Below, one piece after another: positions 53,201-63,475 of a stretch of DNA of 64,000 bases. A program made the translations under genes and the position numbers. Where the stretch lies: NCBI RefSeq assembly GCF_031769215.1, contig NW_026782230.1, positions 186,001 to 250,000 of the forward strand, read 5' to 3'. The notes under the pieces are model-generated. The model was not told the origin of the DNA. It saw only the letters and a list, made by a program, of their open reading frames with translations, and did no database searches. Source of the stretch: Ylistrum balloti (taxonomy: Eukaryota). Position 1 is the first letter of the stretch. Every line of letters starts with the position of its first letter.

Positions 53201-56200
53201 CTAAATTCAGGTAGATCTGCATTTAATTTGTCATTCTGGGGAAGATCTTAATTTAGGTAGATCTAAATTTAGGTAGATTTAAAATTAATTTGTCACTCTG
53301 AGGAGAGTTGAACTTCATTTGTAACACGAGATAGATTTAAAGTTAATTTGTGAATCTGGGTAAATCTAAAGTTAATTTTTCACTCTGGGTAGAGATCAGA
53401 CACACTTGCATTAATTAGACATATCGATAGAATTATAAAAACATTGATATAATTTGTAATTAAATAAGAATTACCGTGTTGGTGTGAATTGTTAAATAAT
53501 GACCTAACGATGACTTATCTCTAGTCAATGGCGTGTATGAACCGCAAATGCTTTTCTGGAAGATAAAATCCTAGGAGTTGATTAGAGGCGATTTTCTGTG
53601 TAACACTACAGTGGGTACATATTCCAATAAATAACACATTGAAATGATATCAAGTTATTTCCTTACTTTAACGTTCACACGAGCTGGTCTGACCGGACAA
53701 AGCGTTATAGGTCATCTAGTAAAAAATCATTTATATTACAGTACAAATTCTATGTATTAGTTGCTTTTTTTTTGTTGATTAAGTGATAATAATGTTTGCG
53801 ATATTAAAAACAATATGCTTTGTTTTCTTTTAAACATTTTTTTCTGGTTAAGAAATATTTCACATTAACATGCACGTTCATATGCACAAATATTAATGTT
53901 ACAAACAAAATTCAAACCAAAATAAAAAAAACAAACAAAAACAAACAAAAAACAAAACAAAAAATTATGCATACAGTGCAGTATACGATATGTGGGTAAA
54001 AATACTAGGGATATGTAATTATTGTTTTGGAAAAGTAGGTGTGAAACTCCTCTCCCAATCCCCGGAGTGATGGGGTCGGCTATCGAGAACCCAAGGGATT
54101 CATATTTACCAACGTATGTACTGACCACACTATCAGATTATCCAAACACATTACTAGCTTTATATACCCAGTCTGGTGGTCATTTTACACCCAAACTGAC
54201 CACGACATCTGCTTTTTTAAAGATAGTGATGATAAAATCAACGCGGTCTGAAAAATTCTTCCGGAATTTCTGTATTTTAGTTAAATGGCACCGTGTCAAA
54301 CTTTAAGACTATCTGTCACTGTCGTCAAGTCGAGTCAGACTGACATTCCTTATAAAATTGTATTTTTACCAAAGTACGTACACGTGTAATATTGAGCTAT
54401 CCGAAAATATCAACATCTCGGTAGTGGTAATTAACATTAACAAGAAAATGAGTTATCACAGAAAGGACGAACAATTAAGAAGGATGAGGGCAGGAATAGT
54501 ATTGTCACTATCAAATTAAATTAATGTCGCTACAAGAATTCCTACACGACTGACACATCGTAATATGTTAACAACAATGACAACACGATAATAAATGGTC
54601 CAATCACATTGATAAATTCAATAAGGAAATAAGTTTATCGATATAATATTTCACAATATCTAGTAATTATCTACATTCACTAAAAGTTATCGGTTGAAAT
54701 AGTTTATATAAGAAAATCCCTAAAAACTAAAATATTTGGATAAAATTCAGAAAAAACTAAGCAGACAATATGTAGTGTGAAAGCGATGGTTAATCGTGTT
54801 TCAATCTGAACATTTTCCACCTATCTGTGTAACAGTGTGAAATGAAACATAAAAAAACAACAAATGAGTGAAGTCTTTTTCTTTAAATGATTTTTTATAA
54901 GATTACAAAAATCTGTTATTTTACACGAGAATTAAAAATATAAAACCACTTTTAAATAGAAATCCTCTTCATATTCAATACACAAAAGCAATCGACTTAA
55001 ATTTGTAAAATAACAAAATTTTCAAAATGTAATGGTATCGACTTTTAGAAAGACTAATCATGTTGTGATGGTAGAACCTGACAGACGGGTATGTTAAGTT
55101 TTAATCTATAACAACATGTAAGACTTAAAATACCTTAATCACATCAGAAACTAAATAATCATTTATGACAGAAATCTTTAACTGTTTTTATCTACTTCTA
55201 TATTTTCGTTATAATAATAATTCCATCATATTCCGCGCCGTGTTTATTAAAACTAATTTCCATGTATATTATTTATTCTTTTAATATTCAATAGAAATAC
55301 CATACCATCTTTATCCTACAGAATAACTGGTAGTATCCTTACTTATTACCGTATACAATGCACATATTTATTCAAACAATTGTATTTGTAAATTTACTCT
55401 ATAACAATCACATTTTGTTGATTTTCAAGGCAAACTTTATATCATCATCAAGTATGTTTTAAAATCACTGACGAGTTAGAGACAGATTTTAATCTGTTTT
55501 ACTCAATTATCCAATTTTATTGTTATAATAATTACATAAAAACAGATAATTTATTTTGCTTTTTATTCTGTGTAAATTTATTTTTGAATGTACATCAGAT
55601 CCAGCCGTAGTCAAGACACCCTTTGCCCTTCATTATCGTAACTGTATCGGCCAGATAATGTTACAACGTGTTCAACTCGGGTCACCATACTGCTGTTACG
55701 TGTCCTTATTTAAGCTGTGATTAGAGTTTTATAAACATCAGCGTTAATTCACTTTAACTTTATTATTCAATAAGCTGGTAAATCGGTCTGTAACAACGGC
55801 GCTGGGACAACGAATTGTGGACAGCTTAAATACCACCTGTTAGACGGCTAATTAAATTAATTAATAGATTTATTAATACTTTCTTTACAAACTTGTATAT
55901 TTATATTTATATAATTGCTTACAAAATATTTCGGAGTTCCGTTACAATTGTTTGGGGTAATATTTGCAGTAGCCATTGATGCCACACACCAAGTAATGAC
56001 ATTCCGGGCGGAAGTTGACTTACCCGTCTAATATGATGATCCGGATACTGGAGTTCCTCTCCGTGGTAATGTGGGTTGTTATTATGGAACTCTCCCGGAT
56101 CGGAAAGTCCGAGATTTGACTTTTCAACCATCTCTCTCCCCTCTGTCCAAACGCCTAACTTGACCATAGACTTAATGCTGCCCACTGTGAACAATGAATC

Positions 56201-56209
56201 CGATAGCAT
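10981..56209 (-). CDS. Lhx2/9: LIM-homeobox transcription factor, Lhx2/9 (apterous) subfamily; spliced CDS join(56024..56209, 50172..50377, 37749..38098, 13295..13512, 10981..11271), 416 aa
   Basis: Assembled by hand. Exon lengths 186+206+350+218+291=1251 nt form one open frame with GT-AG junctions in matching phases. The protein has LIM1 (CAGCGARILDRHYLLAVDRQWH...CKEDYY), LIM2 (RCARCQLGISANELVMRARD...YCRTDY), the subfamily motif GTVQKGRPRKRK and the Lhx2/9-type homeodomain RQKRVRTSFKHHQLRTMKSYFGLNHNPDAKDLKQLAQKTGLSKRVLQVWFQNARAKYRR. Confidence 0.97.
11769..12318. repeat. Split ~38-42 bp repeat (GGCGGTCGTAAG...ACTAACTTAGT..CCAAT): 2 copies at 11769-11849, 3 degenerate at 12219-12318
   Basis: Unit starts at 11769, 11807, 12219, 12261 and 12303. 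Confidence 0.6.
13295..13512 (-). CDS. Lhx2/9: Lhx2/9 coding exon 4 (homeodomain helices 1-2)
   Basis: Acceptor GCTGTTGCAG|GG TTG. Encodes (G)LVPGDGHERGGDMMRQDGYGTHPPPRQKRVRTSFKHHQLRTMKSYFGLNHNPDAKDLKQLAQKTGLSKRVLQ. Donor CAG|GTAGGA, phase 0. Confidence 0.97.
22610..22653 (+). ncRNA. Minimal type-I hammerhead ribozyme with intact core (Penelope-like-element type)
   Basis: GCAUCA-CUGACGA-GUCC(UAAAA)GGAC-GAA-ACAGCUGU-A-UGAUGC. Stem I 6 bp, core CUGANGA and GAAA, stem II 4 bp, palindromic stem III (ACAGCUGU), GUA cleavage triplet (cut predicted after 22647). Confidence 0.85.
23663..23733. repeat. Short tandem duplication (34 bp, period 37)
   Basis: TCTATTAGTCAACACTTATCGACTACATATGTCT occurs twice. 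Confidence 0.85.
25100..26828. repeat. 38-bp minisatellite (TATAGCTGTAACCATGTACTATGGTTAGTCCAGTGGAA), ~45 copies, in intron 3
   Basis: Direct tandem units with internal inverted repeats. Confidence 0.97.
32960..33720. repeat. Old degenerate tandem array (core GACGTACCGGTTAAGATTTCAAATTAAGATAATT), ~12 copies at 45-95 bp spacing
   Basis: Core recurs near 32968, 33064, 33133, 33201, 33246, 33291, 33352, 33427, 33472, 33542, 33612 and 33676. Confidence 0.75.
37749..38098 (-). CDS. Lhx2/9: Lhx2/9 coding exon 3 (LIM domain 2 and linker)
   Basis: Acceptor TATTTATTTCAG|A AGA TTT gives YYR-RFAVKRCARC and continues to QKGRPRKRKNPIADGEGCPPGM. Donor ATGG|GTGAGT, phase 1. Confidence 0.97.
38491..38535 (-). 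mobile_element. tRNA-derived (SINE-head-like) fragment
   Basis: Minus strand GGTAACGCCCCTCACCTAGGCGATCACGGTTCGAATCCCTGG has a perfect Pol III B-box (GGTTCGAATCC) and a D-loop-like GGTAA. No full cloverleaf. Confidence 0.35.
41173..41238 (-). mobile_element. 5'-truncated copy of the hammerhead-bearing short element
   Basis: Minus strand keeps only AAAAGGAC GAAA CAGCTG TA TGATGC plus the shared 3' flank (...TACTGTATCTAACTCT). CUGANGA and the 5' strands of stems I and II are missing. Confidence 0.7.
47364..47465 (-). mobile_element. Degenerate copy of the hammerhead-bearing short element
   Basis: Minus strand 47449..47405 reads GCATCA CTGACGA GTCC TTGAT GAAC GAAA ACTACTCGG TGATGC: stem II has a mismatch and the cleavage triplet is lost. 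Flanks (AATTAGGCCCTTA upstream, AGTTTAATTCATTGTTTGGCCCTACTGTATCTAACTCT downstream) match the other copies. Confidence 0.75.
49006..49026. repeat. Poly-G run (21 nt)
   Basis: Directly visible; poly-C in the pre-mRNA. Confidence 0.9.
49697..50176. repeat. 38-bp minisatellite (ACCTGTGATGTACTTACCTGTAATCAAATGCAAACACT), 13 units, abutting the exon-2 donor
   Basis: ACT(T/C)AC donor complement every 38 bp from 49710 to 50166. Confidence 0.97.
50172..50377 (-). CDS. Lhx2/9: Lhx2/9 coding exon 2 (LIM domain 1)
   Basis: Acceptor TTTACAG|ACG ATG CCA. Encodes TMPVLNNGEIPSFCAGCGARILDRHYLLAVDRQWHMQCLKCCECKIRLDTELTCFARDGNIYCKEDYY. Donor TACAG|GTAAGT, phase 2. Confidence 0.97.
51421..51585. repeat. Three ~55-bp C-rich tandem units (GTTACACAACACTCAT...CCCCGCGGCTTATACCC)
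   Basis: Directly visible in intron 1. Confidence 0.8.
51975..52372. repeat. 39-bp minisatellite (TTAGGGTACTCCGTACTGTTGAATCTAAGGTACTCATCT), ~10 copies
   Basis: Direct tandem units; source of the spurious ORF 52011..52559. Confidence 0.95.
53030..53400. repeat. Degenerate low-complexity array built from GTAGATCT and TTTGTCACTCTGG motifs
   Basis: Both motifs recur irregularly. Confidence 0.65.
56024..56209 (-). CDS. Lhx2/9: Lhx2/9 coding exon 1 (MLSDSLFTVG...YPDHHIRR, 62 codons)
   Basis: Start of ORF 55919..56209. Donor CGG|GTAAGT at 56023, phase 0, joins in frame to exon 2 (RR|TMPVL). The N-terminus is not recognisably conserved, so the start codon (M1 vs M15 or M27) is less certain. Confidence 0.8.
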
Positions 56210-56579
56210 GTAACGCCGAAAACGTCACTTGACGCCTCTTCCAGAAGTCTTTCACTTTTCCATCAGATATCTGTTGATGAACCCTGTTACTGGAGTTTAA
56301 TATACTGTTACTGACACGTTATCTGACCACTGACCACCGTCCACTGTAACACTTAGTCCCAATAATTGTCCGAAATTACTTCGCAATCACCTTGACACCT
56401 CCCTGTGAAGTCCCTCACGTCGCTATCTGATAACAGTTGCTGAAATATTTTGGACGACTTTTAAGCACTGTCCATCGTAATTCCGATTAAGTTTTAAGCA
56501 CTGTCCGCTAAACTAAGTCCAACTGATCGTCCAAAATCAATTCAATAGATCAGACGACAGTTAAACAAGAAACATTCCA

Positions 56580-57130
56580 AATTTCCTCCAGATGGCCCGG
56601 TAGCTTCGAAAGTCACCGTTTTCTGTTTACTTCCAGATTCGAAATGAAACCTTGTAACATGATATGTGTGTTCTCTATATGTAAATATCACATCAGACGA
56701 AGTAACTGCATGACATTCTTAAAAAGTCGCCAAATACATTATATCACTTTGAGGCTCGTAATGTTACGATGGTGTAAATGGACACATTTGAGGCGTATTC
56801 TGTCTTTGGATAATACTAGACAGTGTTGAGCAAGTTCTCGTCTATTATATATGAAATAAAACCACGTCTCTCTCGTAGATCCCACATGCCGTTTTCCCGT
56901 TGTATGTAAGCTTTTCTTTTTACTATAGGTGAAGTTCTAACTGAGCCTAGCTTTGGATAATGAAGGGGGCGGGGCGACCGCGCCGATTGTAAATTTCAAC
57001 ACCAGCTAACCTCTCCACATCAATGGCGGTTCGGATTTCCTGCTCAAACGATCCCATTGGCTGAAAGCTGACAATGGAATCTATTGCCGAGCGGTGGGCG
57101 TGTCTTTTTCTCTTTCGCGTTCAAAGCACA
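56580..57130 (-). promoter_or_regulatory. Probable proximal promoter region of Lhx2/9
   Basis: Locally GC/CpG-richer segment 0.4-0.9 kb upstream of the ATG. Contains GC box GGGGCGGGGC (56966-56975), CCAAT on the minus strand (57056-57060) and GGTGGGCGTG near 57095. TSS not determinable from sequence. Confidence 0.5.
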
Positions 57131-59974
57131 TGTTCTTCGAGTCGGCTTAGCTCAGCACCGTCAGTTTCATGATTAAACGTAATTGAATTTTGTTTACAAA
57201 ATAATCGTTATTCAATTGTATAGTTTCATACACTTAACTATTTTTGTCATTATGTTGTGAAAAATTAGTAAACTGCTCCCGATTCCTACCAGTATAACAA
57301 TGTTTGTATGATCAACCAAACGATTCTAAGACGTATGAAGTTCGCCAGTGTTTACACTTGATGCGGTAGTACTGATCCAACATCCAAAGATTTTCAATAT
57401 ATTTTATTACGTACTTAGACATATCATCGAATACACGACACACGTGCACACATAAATTAGCAATTATACGCAGTGTAGTTACATTAAATGTATATATGTT
57501 ACGGATTCTTTGAATGGTTACGTCAGTTTCCATACTTTATTTGATACACCGTCGTTTAAATAGTGATGTAGACCCACGAGTCTCTCTAAATGAAATCGGA
57601 AGCTAGAAAGTTAATTTCACAAATTTCTTGTGTATAAAATGTATATGGTATGACCGTAAGCAGTGGTTTACATGTGCACGTGCCACCTGTTTTACACCAA
57701 CTTGTGGTAAACCTCGGAGTATCCGCGTGTCCCAGAAGTCGCCGCCGACTCGCTATTTGTATTTGTTCCACAAGCTAATGTTTATATATCTTTATGTTTA
57801 TAGGTCTAGGTGTTGACCATTGGACTTAAGGAAGCGAGTGACCAGTCGTTCACAAACGTTGTTTGACCACTTGAGTACAAGGGTCAATAGCTATGCACCT
57901 ATCCGTTAGTCTCTCCATCTTATTGCCATCCGCAGCACCTCATAGTGACATGAGTTCCGTATGCTGTTTCTGTTCACGTGATTTATTACAACTGTAAATG
58001 CTGATTGTAATTGTCGATAAAGTTGTGTTTTAGCAGTAAAGGAACAGGTAGTTAAGTAGAAACAGACGAAAACCAAACTTATCAAACCTTGTGTGAAATT
58101 CACATTGATTCCCTATTTTTAATCAAATCACAGATAAAACACTTTTAAGACGTGAACTGTTTTATTATCGCCCAGGAACACTAACTATGACCACTTTGGT
58201 ACATGTCATTTTTAACATTAATCTTGTTACATGGAAAATAGCCTTGTTTACTTGCAGTATTCCAGATAATGAGCTTCTAATACACAACTGTCTATGGTAA
58301 GGTTTCACTGTATCGATGCTATGGTAAATATTAAGTGAGAACACGACTGCTACTTTCAAAATGTTACATAATTATTCAACCAATTGAATCAGCGTAGCAG
58401 TATGTGTCTGACCTGTGTATATTTGTACACTGAGGTACCCGCTGTTCTGCTGTGTGCTGACATTACGACAAGGTACGTAAGAATTACTGTTGACTACATT
58501 CGTCATCGATCTTACACGACCAACCTTTAAGATCCTTTCGGGTGGTCTCGTATTTTTGCTTTGAGTATTTGAAGGATTAAAAGTAAACACTACAGTTTTG
58601 AGTGGAAAAGACAGATTTTTAACACAAAACCTGACCTAAGACGAAAATCAAACCTGTGACGCAAGCCGTATTTGGAGTTCCGTCTCCGGCTCTCTATTGT
58701 ACATTATGATTATTTTAGACAGGTGAGCCCCTACACGGCAACCATAGCTCCACAAAGGTTAGCGGTGTTGTTTCTGTCAATATTGGATCAACACCGTTTT
58801 ATTGAACCTAGATTGATATCATTGGAATTCGGAATGTACCAAAGTAAAAATTGATTTGTCAGACTATCGTGTTACTTTACGGTAAGGACCCGAACTGGAG
58901 ACATGGAAAGGTTTGATATATCTCGATGTACCTCTCCCACCCCAACCTCTGAAGAGTCGGGTTTGTGGGCCGGTAGGGCGGGGGAGGGGAGAGGGGTCTT
59001 AAGTGGCCTTTACTAACGGGACATAAAAGAGAAAAAACTTAGAAAATTGATATTTTCAGTTCGTTCCTATCTTTTTCCTTGCTTTATTTTCCGCACTTTT
59101 GGTGTCCCTCTTGTCAGTCATCTTTATATGGCTCTTACTGTTGCCGAGACGTCAAACCCGTAAAACAAAAATAAATTGTTACGATCAGGAGAGAAACCGC
59201 TACCTAGGAAATAACAGACCTTCCGTATTGTCTACAGACTGTTCTTATCCATGGTGGCTTCACTGAGGTTCAGTGAGGTTTAGATACATATATATCCAGT
59301 TGACAAACTGTAACTTCTATATCAAATCCTCGCCTGGTTTTTGTCTTATACCAGAGTAGAACCAGACTAAGCACGTGTTTATTTACCTTAATACGTGAGG
59401 TGTGATTTATACATTTGAAGTGAAAACAATACCATATAACATAAAATTAAAAGACACATCACAAAGTCAAAAACATCCCTTTTCGTACTAATGAACGTTT
59501 AGACATTTAGCATCTCAGGTACAAATCTCTCTTTCTCAGGGGATTTGAGAATGAAAAAAAATGCTCGTATAGAAACCACAATGAATGTATTTGCTCGACC
59601 GGGACTCCGGCCATGTTTTACAATAAAAAAAAACTGGCCAAAAACTGGCCGAAAACTCTACATCATAACTTAAAGCAAATGCTATACATGAAATTTAACC
59701 CCGAGTACTTTCCTGCCCAGGAGGACGCCGAGTGAAAACTGCTGTAATCCTCATCCTTCACGATATGAAGGGAGGAACATTTTTATCACAGAGATGTTTA
59801 GCAGAATAATTCATAGTGCTGTAGTTTAAGGTATAAACCTGCTATAGCGTTTAAGTGGGGACAAGTGATTGTATGGTTATGGTCTCTTATTGTAATATTG
59901 TAGGGATTGGTGGAGGGGGGAGGGAAAGGGCTGTATGGTGTATCTTTCTCTAGTATTCTGGTTGTAACAATCTC

Positions 59975-62142
59975 TAGGGTGTGTATCGTGCTTTGGTCTT
60001 TGTGTGGTGACCCGCTATATTGTGTGTATCGTGCTGTAGTCGCTAGGTGATGGCCCGCTATATGGTGTGTATCGTGCTGTAGTCTCTAGGTGATGGCCCG
60101 CTATATGGTTTGTATCATGCTGTAGTCTCTAGGTGGTGACCCGCTATATGGTGTGTATCGTGCTGTAGTCTCTAGGTGATGACCCGCTATATGGTGTGTA
60201 TCGTGCTGTAGTCTCTAGGTGATGATCCGCTATATGGTGTGTATCATGCAGTAGTCTCTAGGTGATTACCCGCTATATGGTGTGTATCGTGCTGTAGTCT
60301 CTAGGTGATGGCCCGCTATATGGTGTGTATCGTGCTGTAGTATTTAGATGGTGACCCGCTATATGGTGTGTATCGTGCTGTAGTCTCTAGGTGATGATCC
60401 GCTATATGGTGTGTATCATGCAGTAGTCTCAAGGTGATTACCCGCTATATGGTGTATATCGTGCTGTAGTCTCTAGGTGATGGCCCGCTATATGGTTTGT
60501 ATCATGCTGTAGTCTCTAGGTGGTGACCCGCTATATGGTGTGTATCGTGCTGTAGTCTCTATGTGGTGACCCGTTATATGGTGTGTATCGTGCTGTAGTC
60601 TCGAGGTGGTGACCCGCTATATGGTGTGTATCGTGCTGTAGTCTCTAGGTGGTGACCCGCTATATGGTGTGTATCGTGCTGTAGTCTCTATGTGGTGACC
60701 CGCTATATGGTGTGTATCATGCTGTAGTCTCTAGGTGGTGACAGTCTCTAGGTGGTGACAGTCTCTATGTGGTGGCCCGCTATATGGTGTGTATCGTGCT
60801 GTAGTCTCTATGTGGTGACCCGCTATATGGTGTGTATCGTGCTGTAGTCTCTAGGTGATGATCCGCTATATGGTGTGTATCGTGCAGTAGTCTCTATGTG
60901 GTGACCCGCTATATGGTGTGTATCGTGCTGTAGTCTCTTGGTGGTGACCCGCTATATGGTGTGTATCGTGCTGTAGTCTCTATGTGGTGACCCGCTATAT
61001 GGTGTGTATCATGCTGTTGTCTCTAGGTGGTGACCCGCTATATGGTGTGTATCGTGCTGTAGTCTCTAGGTGATGATCCGCTATATGGTGTGTATCGTGC
61101 AGTAGTCTCTATGTGGTGACCCGCTATATGGTGTGTATCGTGCTGTAGTCTCTAGGTGGTGACCCGCTATATGGTGTGTATCGTGCTGTAGTCTCTATGT
61201 GGTGACCCGCTATATGGTGTGTATCGTGCTGTAGTCTCTAGGTGGTGACCCGCTATATGGTGTGTATCGTGCTGTAGTCTCTATGTGGTGACCCGCTATA
61301 TGGTGTGTATCGTGCTGTAGTCTCTAGGTGATGATCCGCTATATGGTGTGTATCGTGCAGTAGTCTCTATGTGGTGACCCGCTATATGGTGTGTATCGTG
61401 CTGTAGTCTCTAGGTGGTGACCCGCTATATGGTGTGTATCGTGCTGTAGTCTCTAGGTGGTGACCCGCTATATGGTGTGTATCGTGCTGTAGTCTCTAGG
61501 TGGTGACCCGCTATATGGTGTGTATCGTGCTGTAGTCTCTAGGTGATGATCCGCTATATGGTGTGTATCGTGCAGTAGTCTCTATGTGGTGACCCGCTAT
61601 ATGGTGTGTATCGTGCTGTAGTCTCTAGGTGGTGACCCGCTATATGGTGTGTATCGTGCTGTAGTCTCTAGGTGGTGACCCGCTATATGGTGTGTATCGT
61701 GTGCTGTGATGGCCCGCTATATGGTGTGTATCGTGCTGTAGTCTCTAGGTGGTGACCCGCTATATGGTGTGTATCGTGCTGTAGTCTCTAGGTGGTGACC
61801 GTCTCTAGGTGATGACCCGCCATATGGTGTGTATCGTGCTGTAGTCTCTAGGTGATTGCCCGCTATATGGTGTGTATCGTGCTGTAGTCTCTAGGTGGTG
61901 ACCCGCTATACGGTGTGTATCGTGCTGTAGTCTCTAGGTGGTGACCCGCTATATGGTGTGTATCGTGCTGTAGTCTCTAAGTGATGACCCGCCATATGGT
62001 GTGTATCGTGCTGTAGTCTCGAGGTGGTGACCCGCTATATGGTGTGTATCGTGCTGTAGTCTCTAGGTGATGGCCCGCTATATGGTGTGTATCGTGCTGT
62101 AGTCTCTATGTGATGACCCGCTATATTGTGTGTATCGTGCCA
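59975..62142. repeat. 43-bp minisatellite (CCGCTATATGGTGTGTATCGTGCTGTAGTCTCTAGGTGGTGAC), ~50 copies
   Basis: Direct tandem units with two CpG per unit, 3.8-5.9 kb upstream of the Lhx2/9 ATG. Confidence 0.97.
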
Positions 62143-63419
62143 TGACGATTCACTATAAAGTGAGACAAACACTGACAAAATCACGGACATACCTACCTTG
62201 TCCTATTGTCTCGTAAGGGCATTGGTTATGGGAGAATGTCGACTCTAATCGCCTTACCAGTGTCCAGTGTCCACGACTGGTCAAGGGAAAAGGAGAGCCC
62301 CCTACTGGTTACCAGACAATGCCCTGGTCAGTTGGCAGCTCTTGTGTATGATCATCCCAGGAGAATTCACCTGGACAGTTGCCCTCTAGACAAGGACTGG
62401 ACGGCGAGGGTGACAGGCGTGTAGAAAGTGGAGCAGAATGAGTGTTACTCAGGCCACAGGGGTCCTGCGTGTTACATTGGTAATACAGTCTGTTACGGCG
62501 ACTAGAGAAAAGTTGTTCACAATTGAAACAAATACAGAAAAGTACCGATAATACAAACAACAATCGAAGGAGTGCCAAGCCTCTAACTATCAAGTGTCGA
62601 TCATATCTGTTTTCAAGGAACTACCGCTTTCACATCTTAATTTTTGTAACCGCCAATAACTTACCGTTTAAAAAGCTCAAGTATTTATACGACAATCTAA
62701 GAATATTTCATCAGTCATTATAATTTCACATCGCCCACTTATCATAACACAGGGGATTACAAACGGGTGCAAATGCTCCATCTATTCTGCTTCCGCCCAT
62801 CGCGCATGCTACTTACAACTTCCGCTGATTTCACTGATAACAAATATACCATTTCCGATTTACCGTTTTTAAAGGCGGATGCTGTCCTTGAGGTTCATCA
62901 GTATGAAGGAGTGAATAGTCCCGAAATATGCTGATGTGTGGGAGTGGGTGTGTACCACTCGTCCCTCGACTTTCGCCCCCCTTTTTGAGCTTTGATGTCT
63001 CAATGTCGCAAACCAACATCAACTTTTTGACGCCAGCGTTCGCTTTCTACACTGCAGATGTCGCCGTACACGATATCTCAAATCGCTCCCTGGAACATAT
63101 TTAGTCGGAATGTAAATGGCAGGATATAACATGTAACTTCACAGCTACAGATATGATCTCTGACAAAGAAAACATCTATCAATTAAACAACTAGGAAGTC
63201 TAACAGTAATACTGTGTGATGTAGTTCCGTTCAGTTTTAGGTTGGCATTTATTATGTCAATTTTTGGATTAAAAGGATAATTCACTTTTCAAGTGTTTTT
63301 GTACATTGACTTATGAAATTGTCCTGATCAATGTATAATAAGGGGTATTTTAAACTCAACAACTTGCTTTTTTGTTACTGTTTCTGTTTTTTGTTTGTTT
63401 GTTTGTTTTTCGTTCTTTT

Positions 63420-63427
63420 GTGTGTGG

Positions 63428-63464
<37 letters not shown>

Positions 63465-63475
63465 TTTTTTTTTTT
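63420..63475. repeat. (GT)n microsatellite followed by poly-T
   Basis: Directly visible. Confidence 0.95.

Noticed and set aside
55919-56023. ORF extension VSQLPPGMSLLGV... beyond exon 1
   Set aside because: A consensus GTAAGT donor at 56023 joins in phase to exon 2; the extension is intronic read-through.
57152-57170. TCAGCACC, an RE1/REST-like half site
   Set aside because: The right half (GGACAG) is absent and the motif is too short to be meaningful.
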